Assembly: GCA_008501765.1 (NCBI GenBank)
Contig: QQUE01000002.1
Coordinates: 244,336-308,335, forward strand
Source of the DNA: Calditrichota bacterium
GTDB lineage: Bacteria; Zhuqueibacterota; Zhuqueibacteria; Zhuqueibacterales; Geothermadaptataceae
Direction of reading: 5' to 3'
Length of the DNA: 64,000 bases
Below, one piece after another: positions 17,819 to 26,290 of the stretch (position 1 is the stretch's first letter; every line of letters begins with the position of its first letter). The position numbers and the translations under genes were made by a program. The notes below the pieces were generated by a model. It was given only the letters and a program-made list of their open reading frames with translations, made no database searches and was not told the origin of the DNA.

Positions 17819-20137
17819 TGCCCGCATTCCGTTCAAAATGACCAGCAAGGAAGTTCCGACATCCGCAATTACCGCCAGCCACAAAGTTGCAATTCCCGGG
17901 ATGATCAGAAGAGTAAAAATTAGTTTGATTAAAATGGCGGCTGCAATATTTTGACGCACAATTTTCATAACCCGCCTGCTCAGCTGAACAAGACTCGGTA
18001 TTTTTCTCAGGTCATCATTCATCAGTGCAATATCCGCCGTTTCGAGAGCGATATCTGTCCCACCTTCGCCCATGGCAATGCCCAAATCAGCCGCCGCAAG
18101 CGCTGGTGCATCGTTTATTCCATCGCCAACCATGGCTGTTTTACTATTGGTTTTTTTCATTATATCAGCAAGCCGGCGCATTTTTTCATCAGGCAGCAGT
18201 TCTGCATGAAAATCATCGAGCTGCAAATTCTGAGCAATGCGCGTCGCCGCTAATTTATTATCACCTGTGAGCATAATAATCGGGGCGACACCCATTTTTT
18301 TAAGTGCAGCGACAGCCTCGGCACTTTCTTCGCGGACAGGATCAAAAATCTCCAGTTCGCCTAAAAGCTGCACTTCATCCCACAAATAAATTGCGCTACC
18401 CGAGGTGTTAAATTTGCCGTTCAGCTTAATTTGTAATAAAATTTCTTCGAAAAATCGGTGATTGCCAATAAAATACTTTTTCCCATCGACCTCACCTGTG
18501 ATCCCTTTTCCGGGAATTGATATTACGGAGCCAGCTTCGGGCAAATGCAAAGCACGTTTTTTAGCACGCTCGATTATCGGTTTTGCTAAATGATGCTCAG
18601 ATTTTTTTTCAATCGCAGCTGCGATCATCAATATTTCATCTGTGCTCAAGCCCGACAGAGATTTAACATTCTTAAGTTCGGGATTTCCTTTCGTTAAAGT
18701 CCCGGTTTTATCAAATACGACGGTTTTAATCTTCCCGGCCATTTCGAGGAAGCTGCCCCCTTTTATCAACAATCCATCCCGCGCTGCACGTGTGAGCCCG
18801 CTCACCAGTGTAACTGGTGTAGAAATTACCAGGGCGCAGGGACAGGCGATTACGAGCATAACTAACGAACGATAAAACCAGATTCCCCATTCGCCTGAAA
18901 ATAATGGCGGAATCAAGGCAATGCTTATTGCAATCAGAACTACGACGGGGGTATATATTTTTGCGAATTTATCAACGAATTTCTCAACCGGCGCTTTTTG
19001 CGATGAAGCTTTATGGACCAATTTAATAATTCGTGCAAGTGTACTTTGGTTAGATGAGTGGGTCACCCGAACTTCCAGCACTCCGGTCCCGTTTATCGAG
19101 CCGGCAAAAATTTTTTCGCCCGGATTCTTTTCAACAGGCACAGATTCGCCAGTGATTGGCGATTGGTCGAGATGGGAAATGCCCTCCATTACCTCACCAT
19201 CCATCGGCACCCGCTCCCCGGCCCGAATCAGGATTATTTCTCCGGGTTTTATATCCTTAATATTCTTCAGTATTGTCCCGTTATCCTGCTTAAGCAGTGC
19301 CATATCCGGGGAAATATTCATAAGTTTTTTGATTGCATTTCGTGCTCTTTCGACGCTGTAGGATTCCAATAGATTCGAGAGTGAAAATAAAAACACGACC
19401 ATCGCTGCTTCATTCCACTCCCCGATCCCAATAGCGCCAAGAACCGCGATGCACATGAGCACGTTCATATCCAGTTTAAACACCCGGATCGCAGCGAGTG
19501 CCTTTTTTCCCGTAAAAATACCGCCAAAGATTATAGCGAAGAAATAGAATCCAACGGAAAACTCAGATTGACCAGAATTCAACAAGCCCAGACCGATTCC
19601 TGCTGCGCAAAAAAGTCCGGAGATAACAGTCAAAACCAGTGGCCAATTCCTGGCTTTTTGCTTAATTTCGGTCGGCTTTTCCGTTAAGTTCTGTACCATA
19701 AATCCGAATTCGGTCATGAATTTTGTCAGTTCTTCCCTGGAATTGGTATGAATAACTGTGACTTGATCTTTTGATCCATTGGATGAAACGGAAAGAATTT
19801 CTGGCTGTTCAAGCAATTTTGCTGTTAAATGGCCATTCACTTCAGAAGAATTTGCTTTAGCTGCAATAAAATTACTCGACCAAAACTTGTCATCGGCAAG
19901 TTGCCCACCATGGATGCCAATAATTTTTTTAAGGTGAGGAAAATCAACCTCAACAGGTTCTATTTTCAGTTCAAGCTCCGATGACACAATATTGAATTGA
20001 GCCGTCGTTATATTATTCGATCGTTCAAGATCAGCACAGAGCGATTCGCCGCATTGCGCGCAATCTATTCCGTCAACGTGCAGAGTGATATCTTTCAAAT
20101 CAGATTCCGAGTATGATTTATCCATAATTTTTCTCAT
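17789..20137 (-). CDS. Heavy-metal translocating P1B-type ATPase (Cd/Zn/Pb-type)
   Basis: 782 aa. N-terminal HMA-like domain with a CxxC metal site (GIDCAQCGES). TM CPC motif (ACPCALVISTP). DKTGTLT phosphorylation motif. GDGINDAPAL hinge. Co-operonic with an ArsR/SmtB repressor (4-bp overlap). Confidence 0.93.
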   Translation of the reverse strand: MRKIMDKSYSESDLKDITLHVDGIDCAQCGESLCADLERSNNITTAQFNIVSSELELKIEPVEVDFPHLKKIIGIHGGQLADDKFWSSNFIAAKANSSEVNGHLTAKLLEQPEILSVSSNGSKDQVTVIHTNSREELTKFMTEFGFMVQNLTEKPTEIKQKARNWPLVLTVISGLFCAAGIGLGLLNSGQSEFSVGFYFFAIIFGGIFTGKKALAAIRVFKLDMNVLMCIAVLGAIGIGEWNEAAMVVFLFSLSNLLESYSVERARNAIKKLMNISPDMALLKQDNGTILKNIKDIKPGEIILIRAGERVPMDGEVMEGISHLDQSPITGESVPVEKNPGEKIFAGSINGTGVLEVRVTHSSNQSTLARIIKLVHKASSQKAPVEKFVDKFAKIYTPVVVLIAISIALIPPLFSGEWGIWFYRSLVMLVIACPCALVISTPVTLVSGLTRAARDGLLIKGGSFLEMAGKIKTVVFDKTGTLTKGNPELKNVKSLSGLSTDEILMIAAAIEKKSEHHLAKPIIERAKKRALHLPEAGSVISIPGKGITGEVDGKKYFIGNHRFFEEILLQIKLNGKFNTSGSAIYLWDEVQLLGELEIFDPVREESAEAVAALKKMGVAPIIMLTGDNKLAATRIAQNLQLDDFHAELLPDEKMRRLADIMKKTNSKTAMVGDGINDAPALAAADLGIAMGEGGTDIALETADIALMNDDLRKIPSLVQLSRRVMKIVRQNIAAAILIKLIFTLLIIPGIATLWLAVIADVGTSLLVILNGMRALKKTPAIFN

Positions 20138-20490
20138 TCCAGGTTGAACAGGTCCTTAATAACAGCGTTGATCGGGCCATCGGTCAATCGATAAATTATC
20201 ACCTGACCGTCCCGGCGGGAGGTTATTACTTTGCGATCGCGCAGCCTGCGTAGTTGGTGCGAAATAGCCGAGACCGTCATTCTTAAAATATCAGCAATAT
20301 CACAGACGCACAATTCTTGTGAAATAGCCAATAAATAAAGGATACGCAAGCGCGTGGGGTTGCCCATCATGGCCAACAAATCTGCCAGTTCATCAAAATT
20401 TTTCATTTTATGAATTTGCAGGTTCAATTCCTGGAGCTTTTCAATATCAACATTGTGCCGGGAACATATTTCAGCCGTCAGCGTTTCCAT
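20134..20490 (-). CDS. ArsR/SmtB-family metal-responsive transcriptional repressor (CadC/SmtB-like)
   Basis: wHTH with the alpha3 metal-binding motif ELCVCDIADIL and the conserved SHQLRRL recognition helix. The likely start is the ATG at 20490 (METLTAEI…). The longer ORF uses a TTG at 20523 that lies inside the operator palindrome. Confidence 0.85.
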   Translation of the reverse strand: METLTAEICSRHNVDIEKLQELNLQIHKMKNFDELADLLAMMGNPTRLRILYLLAISQELCVCDIADILRMTVSAISHQLRRLRDRKVITSRRDGQVIIYRLTDGPINAVIKDLFNLE

Positions 20491-20503
20491 ACGTTTTCCT
20501 TGT

Positions 20504-20531
20504 TTATTTGAACATTTACTCAAATAAACAA
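20504..20531. promoter_or_regulatory. Perfect 10-8-10 inverted repeat, candidate ArsR/SmtB operator
   Basis: GTTTATTTGA-acatttac-TCAAATAAAC, 14 bp upstream of the repressor ATG. ArsR/SmtB proteins autoregulate via such dyads. Confidence 0.5.
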
Positions 20532-20723
20532 ATTACTATAAACAAATACAAGGCATATTATTCAGGATGAAACGTAAAAATTTCAGCGTAAATTATTTAT
20601 ATGTTCTATTGAATACTGCTTGCATTAATTAAAATATTTTTTATTTTAACAGATTCCGCGCTCTGACATAGAGTGCGAACGCGGCAAAAAATTATATGAT
20701 TATATAGATTATGGAGTAGTTCG

Positions 20724-20930
20724 ATGGCTAAGAAACAAACCTTTGAATCCAAACTTCACCGGCATGCAAAGGGTGGTGGTGTGAAAGCGTTCAAGTTGGT
20801 TTATTCCTCTAAATCACCCAAAACCGGTGCATGGAAATTTACCCAACGTTTTTTGCAAGTCCCGCTCGATGAAGACGAAAAAGGGCATATCGACACAGCA
20901 ATTTCAGAGCTCGAAAAAGAGCAGGACTAA
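20724..20930 (+). CDS. Small hypothetical protein
   Basis: 68-aa ORF with a plausible RBS (GGAGTAG) upstream. Basic N-terminus and acidic C-terminus. No motif recognised. Confidence 0.35.
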   Translation: MAKKQTFESKLHRHAKGGGVKAFKLVYSSKSPKTGAWKFTQRFLQVPLDEDEKGHIDTAISELEKEQD

Positions 20931-21013
20931 AGTTATTGCTCCGTTACATGTCGTTATCGCGTTTGAAATAGCATTTCAGAAATTAAAATAAATAGTGATC
21001 CGCGGAGGATTAA

Positions 21014-21256
21014 ATGTCAAAAGTTTGTGCTTTATCCGGAAAAAAACCTCAGTTTGGGAACAATGTTTCCCACGCTCATAATAAAACCAAAAGACGTTGG
21101 ACACCAAATATTCAGAAAAAGCGGATTTGGATTCCTGAGGAATCACGCTGGGTGCGCATTCGTATGTCTGCACGAGCCCTGCGAACGATTGAGAAAAAAG
21201 GTTTGTTAAACTATTTGCGTGATGAAGGTTTAAAACTGAAAGACGTTGTAGCGTAA
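21014..21256 (+). CDS. rpmB: 50S ribosomal protein L28
   Basis: MSKVCALSGKKPQFGNNVSHAHNKTKRRWTPNIQKKRIW…RVSARALRTI matches the L28 family signature. Confidence 0.9.
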   Translation: MSKVCALSGKKPQFGNNVSHAHNKTKRRWTPNIQKKRIWIPEESRWVRIRMSARALRTIEKKGLLNYLRDEGLKLKDVVA

Positions 21257-21323
21257 AATTATTCGTTAACCAGATTAACTGACGGATCGTTTTTCGGTCC
21301 TTTTGAAATAGGAGATTCTGATC

Positions 21324-21485
21324 ATGGCAAAGAAGGGCCAGCGCGTTCAGATAAAAATGCAAAGTAGTGAAAGCTCACACTACTATTATACATCAAAAAA
21401 CAAGCAAAACCACCCTGACAGACTTGAATTGAAGAAGTACGACCCTGTCATTCGCAAGCATGTACCCTACAAAGAGACCCGGTAG
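21324..21485 (+). CDS. rpmG: 50S ribosomal protein L33 (Cys-less, zinc-independent 'C-' form)
   Basis: 53-aa ORF, too short to appear in the supplied track. [53 protein letters not shown] matches the L33 pattern (MAK…YxTxKNK…P.RLELKKY.P….H……KE). All four zinc-ribbon Cys are replaced (C>S,S,D,I). RBS GGAGAT upstream. Lies directly after rpmB, as usual. Confidence 0.8.
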   Translation: MAKKGQRVQIKMQSSESSHYYYTSKNKQNHPDRLELKKYDPVIRKHVPYKETR

Positions 21486-21657
21486 TTCAATTTTTTTGTA
21501 ATTTTTACAATTTGGTTCTTTACATTTATTACTTTTCTGCCTAATTTCACAGGACACCAATATTCTTTATTAAAGCGTGCTTTATATTTTTAGGAAATGG
21601 GCAATCAAAATTAATCTCAAATAAAGTAACGCAAGTAATCTAAAAGGAGGAGAACTC

Positions 21658-21834
21658 ATGAAAGCAACTTTTTATGACGTTAAGCTCAGAAAAAAAGTAG
21701 ATGCAGAAGTCACAGAAAAAGTTGTATACGGAAAAGAAGGTAATAACCGCTACGCCGTCAAAGGGAAAACTGCTGATGGCCGCAACCTTACCAAATTCGT
21801 AAGCAAAGCAGATTGGGATAATATTAGCGTTTAA
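21658..21834 (+). CDS. Small (58 aa) Lys-rich protein of unknown function; very strong RBS and terminator
   Basis: AAAGGAGGAG 7 bp upstream of the ATG. MKATFYDVKLRKKVDAEVTEKVVYGKEGNNRYAVKGKTADGRNLTKFVSKADWDNISV. Followed immediately by a strong rho-independent terminator. Spacing of Lys/Gly residues is reminiscent of small SH3-like DNA-binding proteins, but this is unverified. Confidence 0.5.
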   Translation: MKATFYDVKLRKKVDAEVTEKVVYGKEGNNRYAVKGKTADGRNLTKFVSKADWDNISV

Positions 21835-21861
21835 TTTTTATTACCAATTTTAAGATTTTGA

Positions 21862-21894
21862 AAATGACCGTCTTTCAGGCGGTCATTTTTTTTC
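21862..21894 (+). terminator. Rho-independent terminator
   Basis: ATGACCG-tctttcagg-CGGTCAT followed by T8. Confidence 0.7.
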
Positions 21895-21921
21895 ATCATG
21901 CCCGCAGGACAGGATATTCGA

Positions 21922-22179
21922 ATGCCGATTAATCAATCATTCTATGCTTCTTTAGTTTGCCCCCTCACCCGTGTCAAATTACAACCTATCAATAAAGAAC
22001 TGCTACAAACTTTAAATGAAAAAATTGCCGGCGGCTCAATCGTGAATCACCGGGATGTTCGAGTAAAAGAATTGTTCTCCGAAGGTTTGATCTCCATCGA
22101 CGGAAAATACATCTATCGCATTGATAACGATATCCCAATTTTACTGCCCGACGAGGCCATTCTTTGGTCGGAACCCTGA
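21922..22179 (+). CDS. Trm112/YcaR-like (UPF0434) small zinc-finger-like protein
   Basis: …LVCPLTRVKL…GGSIVN…EGLISIDGKYIYRIDNDIPILLPDEAI matches the Trm112p-like pattern (CP…L…Y.I.DGIP.LL.DEA). Start placed at the internal Met (MPINQS…). Confidence 0.7.
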   Translation: MPINQSFYASLVCPLTRVKLQPINKELLQTLNEKIAGGSIVNHRDVRVKELFSEGLISIDGKYIYRIDNDIPILLPDEAILWSEP

Positions 22180-22250
22180 CACTGATTTTTAGAATTTCAT
22201 GACCACAATAATTTTCCCAAAATTAAAGTTAACTTTATTATAATTTCTCA

Positions 22251-23456
22251 TTGGAGCTGCGCGTGTTAAAATTTATTCTCAAAAAAAATATTATCATTTT
22301 TAAATCAGCCACGGTGCTGGTTTCTTTTTTATCGATAGCTTTGCTTTCTACAAGTTGCCAAAATGAGTCTAACACCGATCCCCCCTATTCAGCAGCCACC
22401 GATTCTCTACGCTTCAGCAATGAAGTGCATTTAAGAAATATTAAACAGCTAACATTTGGTGGGAACAATGCTGAAGCCTACTGGAGTTTTGATAATTCCA
22501 AGCTCATTTTCCAAAGTGAATGGGAAGACATCAACAAGCAGGGCTGTGATCAGATTTTTGTGATGAATGCCGATGGCTCGAAAATGCAAAACGGCGAGCA
22601 ATACAAACTGGTTTCGAGCGGCAAAGGAAGAACAACTTGCAGCTATTTTCTCCCTGATGGTCGCATTGTTTTCGCTTCCACGCACGTAGCCGCTGAAGCC
22701 TGCCCGGACCTGCCCGACATGGGTCATGGCCGTTATGTCTGGCCGCTTTTCCCTTCTTTTGATATATTTATTGCTGATAGTGATGGAACAAATGCTGAGT
22801 TATTGATCGGTGGCAATGAATACAATGCCGAGGCAACAGTTTCGCCGGATGGCAAATATATAATTTATACCTCAACAAAATCCGGTGATCTCGAATTGTG
22901 GCGTTATGAGATTTCAACTGGCACAGAATTGCAATTGACCAATACGCTCGGATATGATGGCGGCGCCTTTTTCTCTCCGGATTCGAAAAAAATCGTCTGG
23001 CGTGCCAGCCGTCCCCAGGGTGAAAAAGCACAGAAATACAAAGAATTGCTCGCTAATAATTTGGTCGAGCCAAATGCATTAAATGTGTTCGTCGCGGATA
23101 TCGACGGCAAAAATGTCGTGCAGGTGACCAATCTTTCCGGCGCAAACTGGGCCCCGTTTTTTCACCCGGATGGCAAACGCATTCTTTTTTGCTCGAACCA
23201 TCATTCTCCCAAAGGTGGCATGCCATTATTCGATATTTTCATGATTAATATTGATGGTACGGATCTGAAACAAATTACCCACAGCGGGACTTTTGATTCG
23301 TTTCCCATGTTTTCATTTGATGGCAAAAAACTGGTGTTCTGCTCGAACCGCACGACCGCAAGAAAACCGACGCGCGATACCAATGTTTTTGTCGCCGACT
23401 GGGTAGAAATCCCGCAGGAAGTGGATATGAATTTTAAGGATGTAGTAGAGAAATAA
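22251..23456 (+). CDS. Secreted WD40-like beta-propeller (PD40/TolB-like repeat) protein
   Basis: Lipoprotein-type signal (…ALLSTSCQ). Repeated PD40-like motifs (VSPDGKYIIYTS, FSPDSKKIVWRAS, FHPDGKRILFCSN, FSFDGKKLVFCSNR). Confidence 0.7.
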   Translation: MELRVLKFILKKNIIIFKSATVLVSFLSIALLSTSCQNESNTDPPYSAATDSLRFSNEVHLRNIKQLTFGGNNAEAYWSFDNSKLIFQSEWEDINKQGCDQIFVMNADGSKMQNGEQYKLVSSGKGRTTCSYFLPDGRIVFASTHVAAEACPDLPDMGHGRYVWPLFPSFDIFIADSDGTNAELLIGGNEYNAEATVSPDGKYIIYTSTKSGDLELWRYEISTGTELQLTNTLGYDGGAFFSPDSKKIVWRASRPQGEKAQKYKELLANNLVEPNALNVFVADIDGKNVVQVTNLSGANWAPFFHPDGKRILFCSNHHSPKGGMPLFDIFMINIDGTDLKQITHSGTFDSFPMFSFDGKKLVFCSNRTTARKPTRDTNVFVADWVEIPQEVDMNFKDVVEK

Positions 23457-23514
23457 TTTTAAAACTTTGTGCAAATTTGGAAGCCTCGGAAAATTATTTC
23501 TGAGGCTTTTCTTG

Positions 23515-24783
23515 TTATGCCTTTTTCAAAATGGTGGCATGTTTTTCCATCGCTGCGATTCTCTCTGACAGCGTCGGGTGCGAATAATGATAGCCTGAAT
23601 ACAACGGATGCGGCGTCAAATTACTCAGGTTATCTTTACTCAATCGCAAGAGAGCATTTTTTAGCCCATTCGCACCACCGGTTGCCTCAACCGCAAAACG
23701 ATCCGCTTCGTATTCGTGTTTTCGGGATAGCTTCGATCGCAATGGCGCAAGGTAAAATGTAAATGGCCCGGAGCAAAAACTGAACAGAATTATAGCTGCG
23801 TGATAGGAATTTTCCGAAAATCCAAAGGCCTGATAAAATGGGGCATACGGCAATAATAGGCTCAAAATCCAAAAACCGATTCCCATACTGAGCAGTGACA
23901 ATGCCATCCCTTTTTTAATATGATTCTTTTTCTCGTGGCCGATTTCGTGCGCGAGTACAGCCAGTAATTCCTCAGGTTCCGATGACTCCACCAGCGTGTC
24001 GAACAGCACAATGCGTTTTAATTTTCCTAAACCGGTAAAATAGGCGTTGCTGTGCCGCGAGCGCTTGCTACCATCCATCACGAAGATACCGTTGGTTTTG
24101 AATCCGACTTTTTCTGCCAGGGCTAAAATCTTGTCTTTTAATTCACCATCACCCAGGGGACTAAATTTATTAAAAAGTGGCGCAATAAGCGTCGGATAAA
24201 TAAGAACCATCAATAATTGAAATGCTGCGAAAAGTGAAAATGCGTATATCCACCAGTTCGGGCCAGCGGTATCCATAAACCAAAAGAGGGCATACAAAAG
24301 CGGCGTCAGGAAAAGTGCCGACAAAACCATCCCTTTAACAGCATCGATTATAAATAATTTCCACGTCATTTTGTTAAAGCCAAATTTTTCTTCGATGACA
24401 AAGGTCGAATAAATAGAAAAAGGCAGCGTCGACAAACTAAAAAACAATGCAAGTGTGTAAATAAAAAGCACACCGTGGCTGTATGTTCCCAGCCCCAAAG
24501 TGCCAAGATAATCATCGACAATCCCGAGAGCGCCGCTGAGAACGATCACCAGAAGCAGCACAGAGGAAAAAGCTGAAGAAACGAGCCCAAAGTTGGTGTT
24601 TGTTAAAGTATAATTGATTGATTTTTCATAGGTTTCTTTATCCGTTGTCGCCTGAAATGCTGCTGGGATTTCACTTTTATTTTTCTTAACATGTTTGATA
24701 TTTAAAATTTCAAGCACCATTTCCCAGCTGTATTCGATTGCAAACAAAACGAGATAGAGAAGCAATATTTGTGAAGCAGTCAT
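23515..24783 (-). CDS. M48-family zinc metalloprotease (Ste24/HtpX-like CAAX protease type)
   Basis: 422 aa. Multiple N-terminal TM helices followed by HEIGHEKKNH (HExxH), then a C-terminal domain with the conserved E/SxxxE…HP region. Typical Ste24-like architecture. Confidence 0.85.
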   Translation of the reverse strand: MTASQILLLYLVLFAIEYSWEMVLEILNIKHVKKNKSEIPAAFQATTDKETYEKSINYTLTNTNFGLVSSAFSSVLLLVIVLSGALGIVDDYLGTLGLGTYSHGVLFIYTLALFFSLSTLPFSIYSTFVIEEKFGFNKMTWKLFIIDAVKGMVLSALFLTPLLYALFWFMDTAGPNWWIYAFSLFAAFQLLMVLIYPTLIAPLFNKFSPLGDGELKDKILALAEKVGFKTNGIFVMDGSKRSRHSNAYFTGLGKLKRIVLFDTLVESSEPEELLAVLAHEIGHEKKNHIKKGMALSLLSMGIGFWILSLLLPYAPFYQAFGFSENSYHAAIILFSFCSGPFTFYLAPLRSKLSRKHEYEADRFAVEATGGANGLKNALLRLSKDNLSNLTPHPLYSGYHYSHPTLSERIAAMEKHATILKKA

Positions 24784-24862
24784 CAGTTTATTTCTCCAAT
24801 TTTAAAATTTCAAGCAGGAAAATAGAAAAAGGCATTTCCAATTCCAAGGAAAATAGAAACAA

Positions 24863-26173
24863 ATGGTTACAGAATCCTTCAACAAACGTTTTTTTAAATT
24901 AGCAATTCCAAATATTTTAGCCAATATTTCAGTGCCGCTGGTAGGATTGGTCGATACCGCCATGCTTGGCCACCTCCCCGAAATTCATTTTCTCGCAGGC
25001 GTAGCGTTGGCATCCGTTCTGTTTGATTATATTTTCTGGACTTTCGGCTTTCTGCGCATGAGCACCACGGGCTTAACCGCCCAGGCAAGTGGCAAAAAAG
25101 ATATTCACGAAATTTACGCGATCTCCTATCGTGGGTTTGCCATCGCCTTGTTTGTCGGTTTGATACTAATTCTCTTTCGCAACATTATCTCTGCAACCGG
25201 TTTTGGTTTATTATCCGCCGAATCACTGGTAAAATTATCTGGTGAAGAATATTTCGCAGCCCGGATTTTAGGCGCGCCGGTCGTTTTGTGCAACTATGTT
25301 TTTGTGGGCTGGTTTCTCGGGCGCGAGCGCAGCGATTTGGTGCTGTACATGACGCTCGTCGGCAATGTCGCCAATGTCATTCTCAATTATATTTTCCTTT
25401 TTATCCTGGGACTGGCCGCCGCAGGTGTTGGTTGGGCAACTACAATCAGTAATATTTTGGCATTTTTTCTGGCTCTGGTTTTCTATAAATATGGCGCAAA
25501 AAAAATCAGCGTTGACTGGAAATCGGTGTTTACTCGCGAAAAACTTGTGCCTTTATTTAGCCTGAACCGGGATATTCTCATTCGCACATTATTTTTAATC
25601 AGTTCTTTCGGCGTATTCACAAATATCAGCTCGATTTTGGGCGTGTCCATTCTTGCTGTCAACACGATTATTTTACGAATTCTGTCTTTCGCAGCCTACC
25701 TGATCGACGGGATTGCTTTTGCAACCGAAAGCCTCGCCGGGATTTTCAAAGGCAGCAACGATCATCAATCGTTGAAAAAACTGCTAAAAACAGCCCTTTT
25801 ATGGGGTGAAGTTTTTGCCGTAGGGTTCATTGCGATTATGTTTTTAATACCCGATTATTTTTATCCCCTGATGACGTCACACGCTGATATAATTCAGCTT
25901 TTAAAAGTATACGATTACTGGGTTTATATCGCACTAATTTTTAGCGCCATCGCCTATATTTTTGATGGTTACTTTCTCGGCATCACCAATGCAAAAATAT
26001 TACGCAACAGCATGGTTCTCTGTTTTGTGGTGTTCTTTCTGCCGCTTGCCTGGCTCAGTGTCAAGCTGCACGATAATCACATTTTGTGGCTGGCGATGGT
26101 GGTATTTATGTTCGGCCGGGCAGCAACTTTGGGCTGGGGCGCATGGCGGGAAATTAAAATACGTGCAAGCTAA
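24863..26173 (+). CDS. MATE-family multidrug/oligosaccharidyl-lipid efflux transporter
   Basis: 436 aa with 12 predicted TM helices. N-terminal FFKLAIPNILANISVPLVGLVDTAMLGHL is a classic MATE (NorM/DinF) signature. Confidence 0.88.
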   Translation: MVTESFNKRFFKLAIPNILANISVPLVGLVDTAMLGHLPEIHFLAGVALASVLFDYIFWTFGFLRMSTTGLTAQASGKKDIHEIYAISYRGFAIALFVGLILILFRNIISATGFGLLSAESLVKLSGEEYFAARILGAPVVLCNYVFVGWFLGRERSDLVLYMTLVGNVANVILNYIFLFILGLAAAGVGWATTISNILAFFLALVFYKYGAKKISVDWKSVFTREKLVPLFSLNRDILIRTLFLISSFGVFTNISSILGVSILAVNTIILRILSFAAYLIDGIAFATESLAGIFKGSNDHQSLKKLLKTALLWGEVFAVGFIAIMFLIPDYFYPLMTSHADIIQLLKVYDYWVYIALIFSAIAYIFDGYFLGITNAKILRNSMVLCFVVFFLPLAWLSVKLHDNHILWLAMVVFMFGRAATLGWGAWREIKIRAS

Positions 26174-26267
26174 TTGGATTGAGGGATAATCACATTTTGT
26201 GACTGGCAATGGTGGTATTTATGTTCGGCCGGGCAGCAACTTTGGGCTGGGGCGCGTGGCGGGAGAT
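26072..26267. repeat. Tandem direct duplication (period 113 bp, ~83 bp duplicated) of the 3' end of the MATE gene
   Basis: 26072-26154 (within the CDS, ends ~20 bp before the stop) and 26185-26267 (after the stop) are ~95% identical (GATAATCACATTTTGTGRCTGGCRATGGTGGTATTTATGTTCGGCCGGGCAGCAACTTTGGGCTGGGGCGCRTGGCGGGA…). Confidence 0.7.
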
Positions 26268-26290
26268 GAAAGTGTAGCTATATTAACAAT

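Noticed and set aside
20523-20523. TTG start for the ArsR/SmtB gene as given by the ORF track
   Set aside because: That start lies inside the operator palindrome and adds an atypical N-terminal extension. The ATG at 20490 gives a canonical-length ArsR protein.
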